Positions 36,692 through 51,605 are shown, counted from the stretch's first letter. The stretch is 64,000 nt of DNA from Eledone cirrhosa (GCA_964016885.1 OZ024741.1:351788001-351852000); one strand, 5' to 3'. Notes: generated by a model not told the origin, from the letters alone. Program-made: numbers and translations.

Positions 36692-38486
36692 TAGGAGTAA
36701 CTATAGAGGCATTAAATTAATCGACCAGGTCATGAAGGTCACGGAAAAAGTAATAGCGCAACTAATCAGAGAGAGAATTGATCTAGAAGAAATGCAGTTC
36801 AGGTTTGTGTCAGGCAAAAGTACCACAGACGCTCTTTTCATTGTACGACAACTACAAGAGAAGTACCTAGCTAAAAGTAAACCCCTATACTTAGCTTTCA
36901 TCGACTTGGAGAAAGCCTTTGACAGAGTCCCCCGCTCCATTATCTGGTGGGCTCTTAGAAAACTAGGTGTTGAGGAATGGCTTGTGAGAGCTATACAAGC
37001 CATGTATAAAGAAACAGTCAGTAAGGTTAGGATTAACAACGAATATAGTGAAGAGTTTAGCGTAAAAGTTGGTGTTCATCAGGGCTCTGTTCTTAGCCCC
37101 CTACTATTTATTATTGCCCTTCAGGCTACAACAGTGGAGTTCAAGACCGGCTGCCCATGGGAACTCCTATACGCAGATGATCTAACGCTCATAGCTGAAT
37201 CAATGGCCGAGCTAGAGAAGAAATTCCAAACATTGAAGCACGGCCTAGAATCAAAAGGCCTTAAAATTAACCTGGCTAAGACTAAAGTTCTAGTTTGTAG
37301 GAAAGAAAATAAGGCACCGGTCCCTTCCGGGAAATGGCCATGCTCAGTGTGTAGGAAAGGCGTAGGTAGAAACTCCATTTTATGTCCCAAATGCAAAGTA
37401 TGGGTGCATAAAAGATGTAGTGGGATCACAGGTAAGCTAACTAAGAACATAGATTTTACATGTGGCCGGTGCTCTGGTGCAATAAGTAGCAGCAAGTGCC
37501 CACAAAATACTAGCTCTTTCAATTGCGCAGAGGGTTCTATAGAAATAGTGGACAGCTTCCGTTACCTGGGTGACAAAATCAGCAGTGGCGGAGGGTGCTC
37601 TGAAAATACAGTAACTAGAGTCAGAACTGGATGGAAAAAGTTCAGAGAGCTTATACCACTATTAGCCGCTAAAGGGTTCTCCCTAAAAATGAAAGGCAGG
37701 CTGTATGATGCCTGCATACGAACAGCAATGTTGCATGGCAGTGAGACCTGGGCATTGCGTGCAGAGGATATACGCAGACTAGAGAGGAACGAAGCTAGCA
37801 TGCTCCGCTGGATGTGTAATAGTAATATACACGAACGGCAAAGCATAAACGAACTAAGGGAAAAATTAGAAATAAGAGGGATCAGATGTTGTTTACTCGA
37901 GAGAAGGCTACGTTGGTATGGTCACGTGATGCGCATGAAAGACGACAGCTGTATAAAAAAGTGCAGAGCAATAAAGATAGACGGTAGCCATGGAGTAGGC
38001 AGACCCAGAAAAACCTGGGACGACCTGATAAATTCCGACCGCACACACTTACACCTCTCCAAGACAATGTCACTGGACCGAGATCTTTGGCGGCACTGAG
38101 TAATAGAGAAGACCCACCTTACCTAAATACAAAGTAAAACCTACTACAGTCAGTAGGCATCTCTAACAAAATACACCCCCCCCCCATCCACACCACCCCT
38201 TTCAATGTAAAGTTATGTTGGTGCCACAAAATCCAGGCCGAAACAAATGAGATCGTGTAGGTGTCACGACAAAAAAAAAACACACAGTCCACGCTGTAAT
38301 ATGGCCGTGTAGGCAACACGGTAAAAACCTCCCAGTCCCACACTGTAAATGTGGTTGGTGTTAGGAAGGGCATCCAGCTGTAGAAAATCCGCCAGACAGT
38401 GCTATGCGAGCAAGACAACCACTCTTGCCTCAAGTGGGAAAACTCCCGTCCAAACCCATGCAAGCGTGGAACATGGACGTTAGATG

Positions 38487-38491
<5 letters not shown>
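36692..38491 (+). mobile_element. 5'-truncated second copy of the subfamily-B RTE LINE
   Basis: Highly similar to 34676-36506. Open frame to 38099 with YADD and PHD, and the same 3' UTR and tail. Confidence 0.95.
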
Positions 38492-38541
<50 letters not shown>

Positions 38542-38914
38542 TCATGCAATGGGATTGAACATGAATCCATGTGGTTGCAAAGTGAACTCTTTAACCACAC
38601 AGATATGCTTGCAGTTATATATAGAGAGACAAAGAAAAAGAGATTTAATATATATCCTCCTACCAAAAATATTTATATAAAAAAATCCTCTTTAGGAATA
38701 TCAGATATAAAAATAACAATTTACAAAATAGACAGAATCGAAATTTTAGTGAAACAGGCTATGATGATGAAATCGACCAACTACTGAATTGGCAAATGAA
38801 ATGATGTTAACCATAGACATCATATTAATAAAAGAACATTTACAAACTGACATATGAAAATGAACCATTGCCACCATCAACAGAACCACTACCAATATGT
38901 TACCATTATAATCT

Positions 38915-39100
38915 CGGTGAGTTGGCAGTATCGGTAGTGTGTCGGACATGCTTTCCAGCATAGTTACGTCCCTTTACGATCTGAGTTCAAATCCCGCCGA
39001 GGTTAACTTTGCCTTTCATCCTTACGGGGTCGATAAAATAAAGTACCAGTAATATACTGGAATAATTGCTGGCCTTGTGCCAAAAGTAGAAACAATTATA
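38915..39100 (+). mobile_element. tRNA-derived SINE, young copy
   Basis: A-box-like ttggcagtatcgg, B-box gagttcaaatccc and the shared core. Confidence 0.85.
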
Positions 39101-39327
39101 ATCTCCCATCCTGCTTTCTAACTACTGAGTATATACACACATGAATACCCAACACTATAGTAGAGATTAGTTAGGAAGTTAGATAGTTATGATACACATG
39201 ATGGTATTGTTGCTGCTGTTGAGGATGTCAAAAGTTTATGGAGTATTGTTAAAAGCTTTTTTTGGGGGGAGGGGGGTATTGTTGTCTACAGTATAAGTAA
39301 GTGTGTTACTGCTGTTATTGTTGTCAA

Positions 39328-39588
39328 AAGTTTGTTAAAAACAGTTGTTATTGTTGCTGTTATTGCTATTGATGTTGTATTCTTAAAAATTACTGTTGTT
39401 ACTATATTTATGTTAAAATTGTCATTGCAGTTATTGTATTTATCTTAAATGAAGTTTGTTAAAAGGAGTTGTTATTGTTGCTGCTGTTGTTATTACTGTT
39501 GCTACTGATGTATTCTTAAAAACTACTGTTTTTGTTACTATATTTATGTTAAAATTGTTGTTGCAGTTATTGTATTTATCTTAAATGT
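39328..39588. repeat. Tandem duplication (~125-135 bp) within TTG-rich low-complexity DNA
   Basis: aagtttgttaaaa...gcagttattgtatttatcttaaatg occurs twice. Confidence 0.75.
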
Positions 39589-40084
39589 TGTTTTTGTAGA
39601 ATTAAAAGCTGATGTAGCTAATTTTAAAATTGTTGTTGATGGTGTTGTTTTGTTACAAGTTGTTATTGTAGTTATTTAAAATTGTTTAAAGTTGCTGTTA
39701 TTGTTATTAATTTTATATCAGAGTTAAGATATTTTTAGATAGAAAGTCCTTTACAAGTGTGTGTATGTTTTTGGTAATACGTTAAGATTTAACACATAAC
39801 TTTATTACTCAAGTTTTCATGCCAGCTATATATATACACGCATATATATACATATATACATACATATATACACACATATATCTTCAGACATGCATGCATT
39901 TACACACACACATATATATATATACACAAACATATATATATATACACACATACACACACATGCATATATATATATACATACACACATATATATAATTACA
40001 AACATATATAAATACATACATATACATATATATGTATGGCACTTCCTCAAAATGGCTGAATAAACACATGTAATTTCTGCTGTA

Positions 40085-40260
40085 AAAATAATTGTTTTCC
40101 ATTTCTTTCTCCTCTTACTCTTGTCTATTTCTTCTATCTTCTGATAAAGGACAAACGTCCAAAAAGACGAGTCTCTTTTTCTACTATATCAGGTATTAGA
40201 CTAATTTATATCATTGTTGCACAGTATTGTTTTTCATTCTTGATCTTTTACATATATATG
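40085..40260 (+). mobile_element. Old Penelope pseudo-LTR with mutated hammerhead
   Basis: tctt-CTGATAA-a-GGAC-aaac-GTCC-AAAA at 40137-40164. Downstream ctactatatcag..ctaat resembles 1870-1950. Confidence 0.6.
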
Positions 40261-40339
40261 TATATATACAAACATATACATGTACATATATAGACCCTCA
40301 CACACACATCTAAATACACACACAAAGAACCAGAACAAA

Positions 40340-41070
40340 TAAACTAATGCAATTTCCTGACACTTCTAAGATTCAGGATTGGATGTTAAAACTGGTATTA
40401 AAACACAAAGGCTCCCAAAAGCTACACTCTATAACAAAGGGTGCAAAAAAGCACCTTTGAGAAATGTAAATAACAAAGCCAGAATCCAATGACGAATGTT
40501 TCTCCTACTGAAACAGCTAAGTAAATACCCCAACCAATTCAGTGATCCTGTTATAGACCAAATTCTGTATGTTAGGCAAGGCTGGAAACAATAGATCACA
40601 TTATCTATGGATGCAGTCAATTGGCATTGACTGAGTACTTGTAACAACATGATAGAGCATACATTGGGTGATATGCTGCACATTCAATCTCCGTTATAAA
40701 GAGAACTGGTGGAAGCACAAACCACAAGTTATTAAAATCCTCTGGAATTTCAGTATTCAAATAGACAGAGAAATTCATGCTAATTGAACAGATATCGTTA
40801 AAAGTTTTGTTGAAAAAACTTCTACTTATAGATGTTGCAACCCCAAGCAATAAAAATACCTTTCTAAAAACATTTGAGAAACTCAGTAAATAATTAGCAG
40901 AATGTGGCATCTCATAACAATTACATTACCTGTAGTCATTGAGGCACTAGGAATGATATCCAAAAGTGCAAATGATTATATAAGCCAAATTCCTGGCTGA
41001 CCTAAAATCAGTGAGCTGCAAAAAAAAATCATTCTTATGAGTACTTCACTCATTTTATACAAGTTTCTCT
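40340..41070 (+). pseudogene. R4/Dong-like C-terminal (zinc knuckle + restriction-like endonuclease) fragment
   Basis: Degenerate IDHII, HD, LIDVATP, EKLSK and PVVI.ALGMI motifs. Confidence 0.65.
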
Positions 41071-41083
41071 CTGTGTTCGCTTG

Positions 41084-41115
<32 letters not shown>

Positions 41116-41257
41116 TGCTTGATGAGATTGGAGTTATCTGAGTAGAGCCAACCAGGTCGGCTTGCTGACTCTTGACATTTCTGGTTGAGATTGGGGGAGG
41201 GGGCAGCTCATACAAACTACTTTTACTATTAATAATCATTATTATTATTGACTTCAG

Positions 41258-41456
41258 GGCGGTGGATTGGCAGTATCAGTAGAGGGTCGGACGCCATGCT
41301 TTGCAGCAAAGAGTTAAGGCCCTTTGTGGTCTGAGTTCAAATCCCGCCGAGGTTAACTTTGCCTTTCATCCTTACGGGGTCGATAAAATAAAGTACCAGA
41401 AATACACTGGGATAATTGCTGGCCTTGTGCCAAAAGTAGAAACAATTATTATTATT
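41258..41456 (+). mobile_element. tRNA-derived SINE, young copy, in a (TAT)n run
   Basis: Near-identical to 38915-39100 and 3656-3840. Confidence 0.85.
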
Positions 41457-41569
41457 GACTTCTTTTCACAGGTTTGGGTGTTACTGTTGGTTATTTAGGA
41501 CTCCACAGCAGGCTTAAAATGAGATTAAGACATGGATGGAGAACAACTGGTTCTTCTTTCATTTAATAG

Positions 41570-42215
41570 ACAACTTTTCAAAGAATATGTGCTGTCCCTA
41601 AAATCACTGATTTGTGAAGAATACTCAACTCATACTCTATGTTGAGTGTTTTTTTTTAAGTGTTCATGGACATCTGATGGGATTGATCTCAAAGCACCAA
41701 TGATAACCTTGCCATTTCCACTCTATACTCCAATTTATCATTTCCCTTTTCTGCTAGATTGTTATCCAGGCTACGTCAATTACAAAACCCTTATTTGCAG
41801 TTTTCTCAATCACTGCAATGCCAGGTTGTCTGTGTTTGATCTCTCTATCCACTTGAATGCTCATATCGCACAATATTTTAACACTTTTGTTTTCTACAAC
41901 AGATTCTGATTTGTGCCAATACTATTTTTCAACAACATCAATGTCATACTTCTTGCAGAATATCCAATGCAGATTAGCATAAACTTTGTCATGCCTACTT
42001 TTGTATTCTTTTTGTGCTAATGTTTCACGGCTGTGGACAATATAAAACACATTCTTAACATGAATCCCACACAATCTACTTTTGTTTGAGATATCCATTT
42101 TGTAACTTCTTGGCATTTAGAGCTTGCTCTTGACCTGCTAATAGTAAGCTTTCTGCTTCACTTTTCAAATTTCCAGCCCCTGCAGCAGAACTGTGCAACT
42201 GACTTCATCTGTTTC
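41570..42215 (-). pseudogene. R4/Dong-like RLE-domain fragment
   Basis: GNLKSEAESLLLAGQEQAL, LAQKEYKSRHDKVYANLHWIFCKKY and VIIGALRSI. Confidence 0.7.
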
Positions 42216-43589
42216 CATGTGTACACATACATACACACATGTTAATTGCTACTTCTTGTCAAAATAGTGCCATCTCTTAAACAATTGCCTGATTCCATTA
42301 CCATCTCTCTGCCTCTGGGAAAGACATATACCAGTATGGTAACACCAAGACCCCATCCCTCAACAAAATTCCAATATAGAGTACAGACAGTATGGCTGTC
42401 TGAGAACTGTATCTGCTCCCATCTTCCAAAGTGACAAAACTACACATGGCAGTATTTTATTGGCACAGTCTTACATGACACCCTAACAACCACAATGATA
42501 TATCTGCCGTCTATAAGCAGTGCCAAGAATTTAGAGTCCTGGTTTGTGCCAGAAAAACAACATAGGGCACCAAAGATACACAGATAGAATGACAGAAGAG
42601 AAGATCATAAAAGAGACATCTGTACATCATTAGATTATCATGACAAATGCTTATACAACATGAGTACCACTCATTATGTCTCAGAGATTATTATCCGGTG
42701 ACAGGTCAAAAAAAAAAAAAATGACGAGTAATCACAAACCACAAGTTTTACTTCAGAGCTTCTTTCTTCTAGAATAATGTTGTAACAACAGCTCAGAGTC
42801 TTTCAGTGCCTGTGAATTTACTGTGCACCCTGACACTAGCCCGTGGGGTTTCTGAGTTGCTATGAACACAGATACACATGCATACATGCATACACACACA
42901 TATTACCAGTACTTTATGCTACTGAGTCTGCTAAGATGAAAGGTAAACAACAATGAATAAAACCACCACCCATACCACCACCACAATGAGCACCATCCAC
43001 ACCACCATACCCACATCAACATCACCAGCACCATCACCACCATCTATTGATTATCTGATCATAGTTGAAAGGAAAATCTTCAACAGACAATTTCACTCTA
43101 GATTGTTCCATCATAATTTCTGCTTGCATGCACATCAATCAATAAGGAGGAGGGAGGGGGCAACAAACATCATTTCTATAATGCATTTCTATATTGTATT
43201 TATTATATTTTTATTTTAAAGAGATTTTCCTATACAATGCCAACTTACTTGACTATTTTCTGTGGATGGGAACATTGGACTAGTGTTGAAATCAAAACAT
43301 GAACAAAAGATATAGATGGCTGCAATCTGATGATGTCTGTCACTTGTGTACCAGTAATTGGTGTAGATCTGGTTCTTATTATACTGGGAGTGTTGTGGGT
43401 ATAGCTCTGTAGAGTGTGACCGGTTTTACTTTATGTCTAGTGTGGTATATCTCTGGTGGGTGGAGTGGGGTTCATGGATTAAGTTGATTTGCATATATGT
43501 TAGGGAAAATAACAGTTATGGCTGTGTGTGTACACACATATGCATGGACGAGAGAGAGAGGGGAAGAGAGGGAGAGGAGAGAGAGAGAG

Positions 43590-43793
43590 AGGTACCAGGT
43601 GTTACCTGTGGAGGGAATGTATGGTAGAGGAAGACCGAGGAAAACCCGGGCAGAATTGGTGAGCGCAGATCTCAGAACACTGAGCCTCACATAGGAAATG
43701 ATGAAGGAATGCAACAAGTGGAAGAAGGCTGTGTGTAGAATATCTGTCTAACCATAGCAATCATGAAAGAGTGGACATAAAAAGAATGATGAT
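43590..43793 (+). mobile_element. RTE subfamily A 3' end
   Basis: VEGMYGRGRPRKT..ADL and a (GAT)n tail. Confidence 0.75.
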
Positions 43794-45074
43794 ATATATT
43801 ATGTTTATACTATATGTATCATTGTCCTCATTTTACATGATTTTCATGCTGTACTTATTTTTTCAAGCCTGGTACTTATTTTATCAATCTATTTTTGTTG
43901 AAACACTAAGTTACAAGACATAAACAAACAGTAAACATAAGCAGAGACTTAGAAAACACACACACAAACACATAAATACATAGTCTTAGACTGCGACAAC
44001 GATCCAACCCATGCCAGCTTGGAAAGCGAACACAAAATATTGATGATGATGATATATACAATCGGTTCTCTACCAAATTCTACTGACAAGGCTTTGGTCA
44101 ACTTGAGGCTAACATAGAAGACACTTGACCAAGGTACCACACAACAGGACTGGATCCAGAAATGTGGGTGTAAAGCAAACTCCTTAACAACATGACCATT
44201 GTTAATGGCTATCTTTTAGTTTCTTTAGATATTTTTTGATCATTTTCAGCTAAGTCATTTTTTTAAGCACCCTTCTGTGTACTTTCCAATTCTGTGCTTG
44301 AGACTTGTAAATAGTTTGAACTGCAACAATCTTGAGCGAGCCACTCAACTCCCAGGATACATACCAACACAACTGCTTTTTTATATGAAATCATAAATGG
44401 TAGGATGGCAAACATATATTTGTTGCATGTATAAAAAAAATAATAATGTTAACTAACAACAATTATTGATTTTCTTTTGGCTCAGCACATATTTTGTCTT
44501 GCTTCAGTATATTTAATGCATGGAGCATTCATTAATAGAATAAAATATGTAGTGAGACAAAAACACCATACTTGCTGATGTTTAAACCTTTTGATAACAA
44601 CCCACCCAAAACCACCTTTGGCTCTATAAAACAAAATCAGTGGTTTCTATTTGAATTAAAATCTTCCATCATAATTCTAGTAAACCCCTGAAAATTCTTT
44701 ATTAATTAATTGAAATAAAGTGTATTTCATTAGAAATACAATTGCAAAAGGGTTAAATTTCCTGGCATGTATTGCAGACAACTCCTGACAAAGTTTTATC
44801 TTATTTTAGTTCCATCAGTGAGGTATAACATGGAGGTGCATAGCCTAGTGGTTATTGTAATTCTAGAACCATGGTGGAGTGTTGTGTCATTTTATTCACA
44901 GTAATATAAATAACGTTACAAATTCTTCACAATTCTTTCAGAATGAAAATATAAACATAAATAATTAAATACAATTAACTATTGCTAGGAACTTTACAAA
45001 TACAATGCACCAAAATATATGATCAAAGCAAGAAAAAGAAAAAAAAAATGGGAAACAAAAACGACCATCAATTC

Positions 45075-45720
45075 ACCACCAAATACAACAATCAGCCGCA
45101 CATCACAAGGGTCAACGGAAATTTGTGAGGAAGCCAACACACAGCATTACTGCGAGTGATGGTGAAGCGAAGGCACTAAAACAACCAAGCACCCTCACAG
45201 GCATCACCTGACACCTCAGTAAGGCAAACCGCCAACAATGACAGGAACTTCACTGTCAGTGGCCCAACTTCCCCAAACACCTTGAATGCCACAGGCTAGA
45301 AAAAATAATTGTTTGATAATTCCTGGCATTTTCGGATTTTATTCTGTTCGGAAATGAAAGCAGTAACCCTCACATTTACTGCAGCATCCATGATGTGGGA
45401 GGGGGGAAAAAAAGTCACTGACTGAGGCATCCAAAATGAGACACCTGCCTCTTACCCAGGGAGAAAGGGTAAGACCGTCTGGTCTCTTCTCATCACTTCT
45501 GGATAATCCAGCTGGCTCCAGAACTGAGGGGATATTTACCCTTTTAATGATCAGGTTTAGCTCGGGGTGGTGGGCAAAGTGACCAGCATTCAGGTGGCAG
45601 TACAAATTATGGAGGCCTGTGGAGTCAAGGGTCCTACCACAGTGACATTTCAGACCCCCATAGACATCAGTTCCCACTTGGAGTGTAATGAAGATGTGGA
45701 GCTGGTCCAGATGTGTTCTT
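45075..45720 (-). pseudogene. CRE-like (early-branching, RLE-type) non-LTR retrotransposon C-terminal fragment
   Basis: CHCGRTLDSTGLHNLYC..GHFAHHPELN..IPSVLEPAGLSRSDEKRPDGLTLSPWVRGRCLILDASVSD: zinc knuckle plus the RPD..D endonuclease motif. Confidence 0.75.
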
Positions 45721-47483
45721 TAGCAAAATGAAAGCCAGCAGCATCTGAGGACTAATCTTGTGGAAGATTAGTGTCCTGTCCAGGGGGAAGTCTTGTACTC
45801 TCAGTCATTCATTGCTCGTGAAAATTGAGTAAGTTCCAAACTAATGATCCTCTAGGCTCAAGGGAGATTGTTAGCTTTTAACCCTTTTGATACCAAACTG
45901 CCTGAAACAACTACTGGTTCTACAATACAGAATTGTTTGTTTTAAACAGTTTATATTTATCTAAAACCCTTCCAGTATAATTGTATGTGAGAACTTTTTT
46001 CATGTCCAAAACACCAGCTTAATAATAAGAAAGTTAGATATATTACTAGACCACTCCAATTATTTTCAAAATCGTTTGAAAATCGTAAACAGTGAAGTAT
46101 GGTAATGAAAGAATTAAGTAAAGTATAACATCCCACTCAACAAATATACTTTTCTGTCTTTTTAATTAGCAATTCACACACTACTACACTGACAAGTTAT
46201 GAAAACATGTTCTAAGTTGTCTCCCATACTTACCAGAATTTTTTTTTTTAGCAAGGCTTAATTATAGACTAACATTGTTTTCTTTTTGTTACCTTCATTT
46301 TTCACCACATATTTCATTGACAAACCATTTAGCTACCAACAGTGTGAGCCTTGTGAACTGGAATGGCTCTTCCAGGGCGTCTCCCTCACCATCCTCTGAG
46401 GAAATGCCTTCTCCATTCTGTCTACCAAGTCTGGGGGACAGCCATGGGCACCCATTTGCTCATAATAGTGAGAGATGGGGAGAGTGGGAGAGAAGGAGGC
46501 AGTGACAGTGGGAGTTTAGTTCCATTGTGTTTGGACCTGGTGTATATGTATATACTTATTAACTGTATATTTGAAAGTGTTCTTAGAACTTCAGATTGTT
46601 TATTTCAAGTGTTTGTATAATTCACTCTAAATTATAGGACTCAGTAGTTGGTATTTTAGCTAAAGGGATAGGGAAGAGGAGACCATGGGAATGGTAGAGA
46701 ATTACTTACTCTAACCACCATACCAACACACTTGATAGATTCAGGTTTTGCATGAGTGACCAAACAAAGATAAAACAAAAAATGGTTAATTTGCTACACA
46801 ACAAAGAAGATAGCTGAAGCCATGTGAACTTTTAACCCTTACACTTCACCAATTACTGATAGTCACAAGTTTGTTCAACCTTCTTATTCCATCAAATGCT
46901 ATTTTCAAACTGGTAAAGCATAGGCTATAAACAAGCAGCACTAATCACACACACAAACAAACAAAGGATGAGTTTGTATAGTTTGTCTACTTTCCACCAG
47001 ACCCAAGGCAATACTAAAAGACATATTTGCACAATGTGCCACACAATGGGACTGAACCTCATACCACATGGTTGCAAATGAGCTCCTTAACTCATTTATT
47101 TCTAATGTAAGGTGCTGCCTATCATTTTTAAATAACTGTGAAAATAATAATTTGAAAGGATAATTTTCTCATTATTAACTTACCAAATGTTCTTATATAA
47201 AATTATGATGGAAGGCTTTTGATGAATATATATACAGTAAAAAAACTTTTTTTTTTCTATCATAGAACGAGGGGTAGTTTCAGGCAATTTGGTACCAAGA
47301 GGGTAGAACCAGGGGTAGTTTTAGGCAGTTTGATATCAACAGGGTTAACCAAACAGTCAGGCTTGCACCAATTAATCAATAAGCTATGTGTTTTTCTAAT
47401 ATATAATCAAACAATGTGTTCAATATTATAGAATTTTCATAAAAATCAAATCAAAGAGAATGAAATATGTTGCTCAACCTATG

Positions 47484-47522
<39 letters not shown>

Positions 47523-47523
47523 A

Positions 47524-47586
<63 letters not shown>

Positions 47587-47998
47587 ATATATGTATGTAT
47601 GTGTATGTGTGTGTATATATATATATATGTGTGAGTATATATATATTGGAAAATATAGATTTTCTGCTGGTCTATCTTATATAAAAGGATCTTGGTGCTT
47701 GGCCAACATAAATATTGTATCTTGCTTATTGAAGCAAGGTATTTTTTGTACAGACTTGGAGCCTGAGCCAGTGAGGGTTGCAGAGGATATATCACTACCA
47801 CCACCACTACTACAATCCCTACCACTACAACTGCCACCACCACCACCTATTCTATAAACACTATTACTACAATCCCCACCTCCGCAAGCATCAACACTAC
47901 CACTGCCACCACATGATGGTAGATATGCAGTAACGGTTATTGTTAATTGAAAATCTATTGCAACCAGGTGCTTGCTTATCACTTCTTTATCGTATGTA

Positions 47999-48030
<32 letters not shown>

Positions 48031-49919
48031 CATACGTACATATACATATATGTATATACACATTTATATATACCAATATACCCATACAAGCAAACGAGAG
48101 ACTTCGAAACATTGAAACAAAAGTAAAATGAAATACAAAAAGAGAAACAACAAAGTATACTAAGTGGCTAACCGTAATGTAATTCTCATTGTGATTTAGT
48201 GTGACGCAGTCATTTACATATCTAGCCCTTTGAATTGCATGCACAGGCCATCCAACAAACTTACAAACAGTTTCTGCTACCCAATTTCACTTACAAGGCT
48301 TGGGTCTTGAAGCAATGGAAAACGACTCTTGCCTGAGATGCCACGCAATGGGATTGAACCCTAGAACTTAAGATTGCAAAGCAAACTAAAAAAAAACATT
48401 CGGCCATACTGTGTCCACATTTTCTTACAAATTACAGCTGGTGATGTATGTAGGTGAGATGCAGCCCCTAGCCCATCTCAGAGATCAGTGGCTCTGATTA
48501 AGTATATAGACTTGGTCTATAATGATCCATCCAGCCTTTGCTAGCAGGGAAAACAGGAGTTTGATAATGATGATGATAATCAAACCATGTCAGTGAGCAA
48601 CCCACTGGTTAAGGTATTAGGTTCATATTTGTACGATTGTGTCTTTGATCCTTGACTGGATGAAATATTGTATTCTTGAGCAACAAACTTAATTTCCTGT
48701 TGTTCCAATCCACTCAACTGAAAATGAGTATCACAGCAGCCATGGGTTAATCTTGCAAAGGACTAGCACCTTTGTACACTCTATAGCTTAACACCACATA
48801 ACTGAGATAAGCTCCAGCCAGGTAAGCTTGTAGGTTGAGAAAAAAATTGAATTCCTTTGACAACATCCCCAGCCCAAATCAGCTTAGGTTCTAAAAAACA
48901 AAACCACACATTTTAGAATATGTGACTAAAAAAATGACAGTAAAAGGTGGGAGTGGAAGGATAAGCTTATATTCAAGGTCAACATTTTGCTTCTTCTTCA
49001 CCCACTTATTCCTAAGAGAGTCCTCAAACACTCCTTCCAGAAAATCCTGTCAGAAGCAACCCTCTCCAACTGATCCGGCTGGATCCCCAAGCAAGACCAG
49101 CCAAGCTCATGGATGTTATCCAACCATCTTGCTTGGGGGTCTCCTGATTTTCAATTCTACATAAATCAAATGCTAAAATATCTGGAGTGATTATTTTACA
49201 ATGAAACACTGTTTTTCTACATTTACTATATTGGCATTTGTGTTATTTATGCATGCCCTTGAAAATATTTCTAACACATTTTTATAATTTGAACTTTTAA
49301 ATACGGGAATATCCTATACATATACATACATGCACACATGCATACACATACACTCGTGCACATGTACGTGCTTACACTTGCACACACATATATGCTCACA
49401 CATACACATGCACCAACTATTTTTCTCGTAATACTTTTTTCTTTCAATCTTACTTCTGACTTGTATTTTATTGCTCTCACTCTCTATTCCTTCTCACTCT
49501 TGTACTCTCTTTTTCTTGCTCTGCTTCCCCTCCCTCTTCTACTCCACGAATCCATATACAAATTTCTCTTATTCGATATCTTTTTTTCATAGTAATCCTA
49601 GCATGTGAGTGGCCGAAAGTAAACAAAAATTTGAGAAATTGTTGAAAATTTATAAAACAGATTTAATGGTAAAAAGCATTATGTAATAGAGTCGTGAAAC
49701 AAAAACTATACTCTAAAGGACACTTAAAACATTTTAAACATCAAAAATATATTTTATATTCATAAGAATTTCAAAACCACGCCATCTAAACATAATATGC
49801 TAATTATCTGCCTTGGTTTTTAAACAGGGTTGGTATTTTTGCCAATTTCTCAGATATACAACAAAGGTTTGGCTTATATTTGAGTGTATACAGTAAATTA
49901 AAATCTTCTTTGCTACTTA

Positions 49920-51605
49920 TTCCTGAGAGGGTCATGGGGCGAGAGTCCTCAAACGCACCATTCAGTGGGTCCTGTCAGAAACAACTGTTTCCAACTGATC
50001 CAGCTGGATCCCTGAGCTCATAGATATTATCCAATCATCTTACTCAAGGTTTACTCTGGATCTCCAGCCAGTTGGTTTTACCCGTAAAATCTGTCCAGAG
50101 ATTTTTTGGGACATTCTAACCACATGCCCATAGTATTGGAGCTGTGATCTTCCAATGTAGAGAAGTAGCAGCTCTACCTGGAGTGACTCTCTGATCTCCA
50201 AGCTATGCACTCTATTGAGTAATGTAGCTCTCTTTGGAGGAACCCCATTTCTGACACTTCCATTCACGATCGTATTCTTTCGGTATTTACCCAAGATTCA
50301 TGACTATAGGTAAGGGTTGGCATGAATACTGAATTGAAGATAGTGAGTTTGGCTTTTACACCTATCTCTCTTCTTCTGATTACTGAAGCTGGTGCATTCC
50401 TGCACAAGGTCCGACAATTTTTGTACTTAATTCAACCTTATGCCTTCTATCACTCATGAACACGGCCTGGAGATACTACTTGAACTTCTCCACCTGCTTC
50501 AGTGGAAATCCATTCACATGTTGAGTGCACTGTGTAGGTTTCCTTGAGAGGAAGAGTGTCTCAGTTTTCACAGCACTGATTTTATTTGCAGCCATGCAGC
50601 ACTCAGCATCAAACTTATCAAGTGCATGTCAGAGATTACCTTCTGTTGAGTTAAGTAATACTATGTTGTCTGCAAATTCCAGCCGACTGATTCTACATCC
50701 ACCAGTTGTGATACCACTTCCAGCCCAGCTGTGCATGTCAATCCAAATAATGCATAGAAGAGGTGACAGCACGCACACTTGGCGGCGCTCAACTCCCACA
50801 TTGAATGGTTTTGATTTAGCACCATTTATCCTAACGCAAATACTCAGACATCCTTATAGAAACATCAAAGCAACAAGAAGCTAACCATTGAGTCCATACT
50901 CCTGCGGAACTTTCCACAGGTCTACAAAGCAAGAATATACCTCTTGGCAATACTCCCATGATTTCTGAAAGACCAGTGTGAATATTTGGTTGATTGAGCT
51001 GCATATGGGGCAAAGACCATAGTGTTCATCAGCTAGCTTGGACCTCAACAATCTCCCTACATCTCTCTGCCAGACATTTAGCATAGACTTTCCCAGGGAG
51101 GCTTAACAAGGAGATCCCTCTATAATTGGAGTAATCTCTCTTGTCTCCCTATTTGAAAATTGGGATTATCACTCCCAATTGCCATTGCTTAGGAGCCTTT
51201 CCAGAGATCCAGGCCACCTGGATACATGAGTTAGCCAGAGAATACCTTCTTTATTTAAAGCTTCTAGCATTTTGTGCTGAATTTCATCCTCCCAGTGGCC
51301 TTGTCACATTTGAGCTCTTTAATTGCTCATGTAACCTCAGTCTACGAAAGATTAGTCATCGCTCCCAGATACACCTCATGTACATTGGAAGATGATGTTG
51401 GGATCGGGTTTAGACCAACAAACTATTCTCTCCACCTCACGAGGAAGCACCTCTCTGAAGAGGGGAGAACTCTAGATGTATTCCTGATAGGTGTGGAGGA
51501 GGACTTCTGATTACGAAGTCAGTGGATGGCCTGGCCTGCTAGAACACTTTATTTTCTGATCTGAAGTCGGATTCCAGCTTAACTACAAATACCTCCCATT
51601 CTTCA
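49920..51605 (-). pseudogene. Degenerate RTE subfamily C copy
   Basis: Reverse complement aligns by eye with 29150-30780. A further 3' piece lies at ~49015-49140. Confidence 0.8.

Noticed and set aside
38915-39010. tRNA genes
   Set aside because: The A/B boxes belong to SINE heads, which have no complete cloverleaf and are followed by the SINE core and tail
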